From a bacterium (GTDB taxonomy: Bacteria > DUMJ01): 26,657 nt of DNA. The position numbers and the translations under genes are program-made. A model generated the notes under the pieces. That model did not search any database, was not told the DNA's origin, and saw only the letters and a list, made by a program, of their open reading frames with translations. Positions 26,591-26,657 of this stretch are shown one piece after another (the first letter of the stretch is position 1; each line of letters begins with the position of its first letter). The stretch lies in assembly GCA_049969715.1 (NCBI GenBank), contig JBMFOH010000023.1, positions 1 to 26,657 of the forward strand, given 5' to 3'.

Positions 26591-26657
26591 CTTTTTGCGT
26601 GGAGGAAACTTAAAAATATCCTCTTGCTAACTCCTCTAAATAACATTTTTATATCAG

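Noticed and set aside
1-26657. CRISPR arrays, IS elements, integrases, rRNA/tRNA genes
   Set aside because: No regularly spaced direct repeats. No transposase, integrase or recombinase motifs (DDE, tyrosine recombinase R-H-R-Y) in any ORF. No terminal inverted repeats flanking a gene block. No GC-rich structured RNA-gene-like islands.

Overview
This 26.7-kb window is AT-rich; I estimate GC in the low-to-mid 30s percent by eye and did not compute it. It is densely coding. Proteins are rich in K, E and I, which suggests a thermophilic, probably anaerobic bacterium, and a C-terminal-Phe outer-membrane barrel suggests a diderm-type envelope. I found no rRNA, tRNA, CRISPR array or obvious mobile element.

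Gene content, left to right:
- A 5'-truncated ferritin/rubrerythrin-like gene (2-217, +).
- A small signal-peptide beta-barrel OMP (299-748, +) with a perfect 13-bp bidirectional terminator hairpin (758-789).
- A PHP-domain phosphoesterase (805-2106, -).
- An SPFH/stomatin-like protein with an unusually long polytopic N-terminus (2210-3157, +), followed by a coupled small acidic ORF (3174-3443, +).
- A GNAT acetyltransferase (3458-4084, +) adjacent to a Cys2 Ntn-hydrolase of the C69/secernin type (4089-5207, +).
- A regulator with a GntR-type HTH fused to a LacI-type sugar-binding domain (5313-6449, +), followed by a CUT1-type sugar ABC importer with no ATPase (6539-9588, +).
- A flavodiiron protein (9699-10871, -).
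- A minus-strand triad: MoxR AAA+ ATPase (13344-14288), DUF58 protein (12184-13338) and polytopic DUF4129 protein (10935-12218). It is preceded by a strong promoter and a roughly 100-nt leader ending in a terminator-like hairpin.
- A MsbA-like ABC exporter (14692-16470, +).
- A long minus-strand operon: HutC-type GntR regulator, PotABCD-like ABC importer, MFS transporter, PHP phosphoesterase and Eis-like GNAT (16734-25120).
- A mannose-1-phosphate guanylyltransferase (25235-26590, -).

The most interesting candidates are the MoxR-DUF58-DUF4129 module with its attenuator-like leader, and the composite transporter-PHP-GNAT operon, which may act on an amino-organophosphorus substrate. All functional calls rest on motif recognition by eye. 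No database search was possible.
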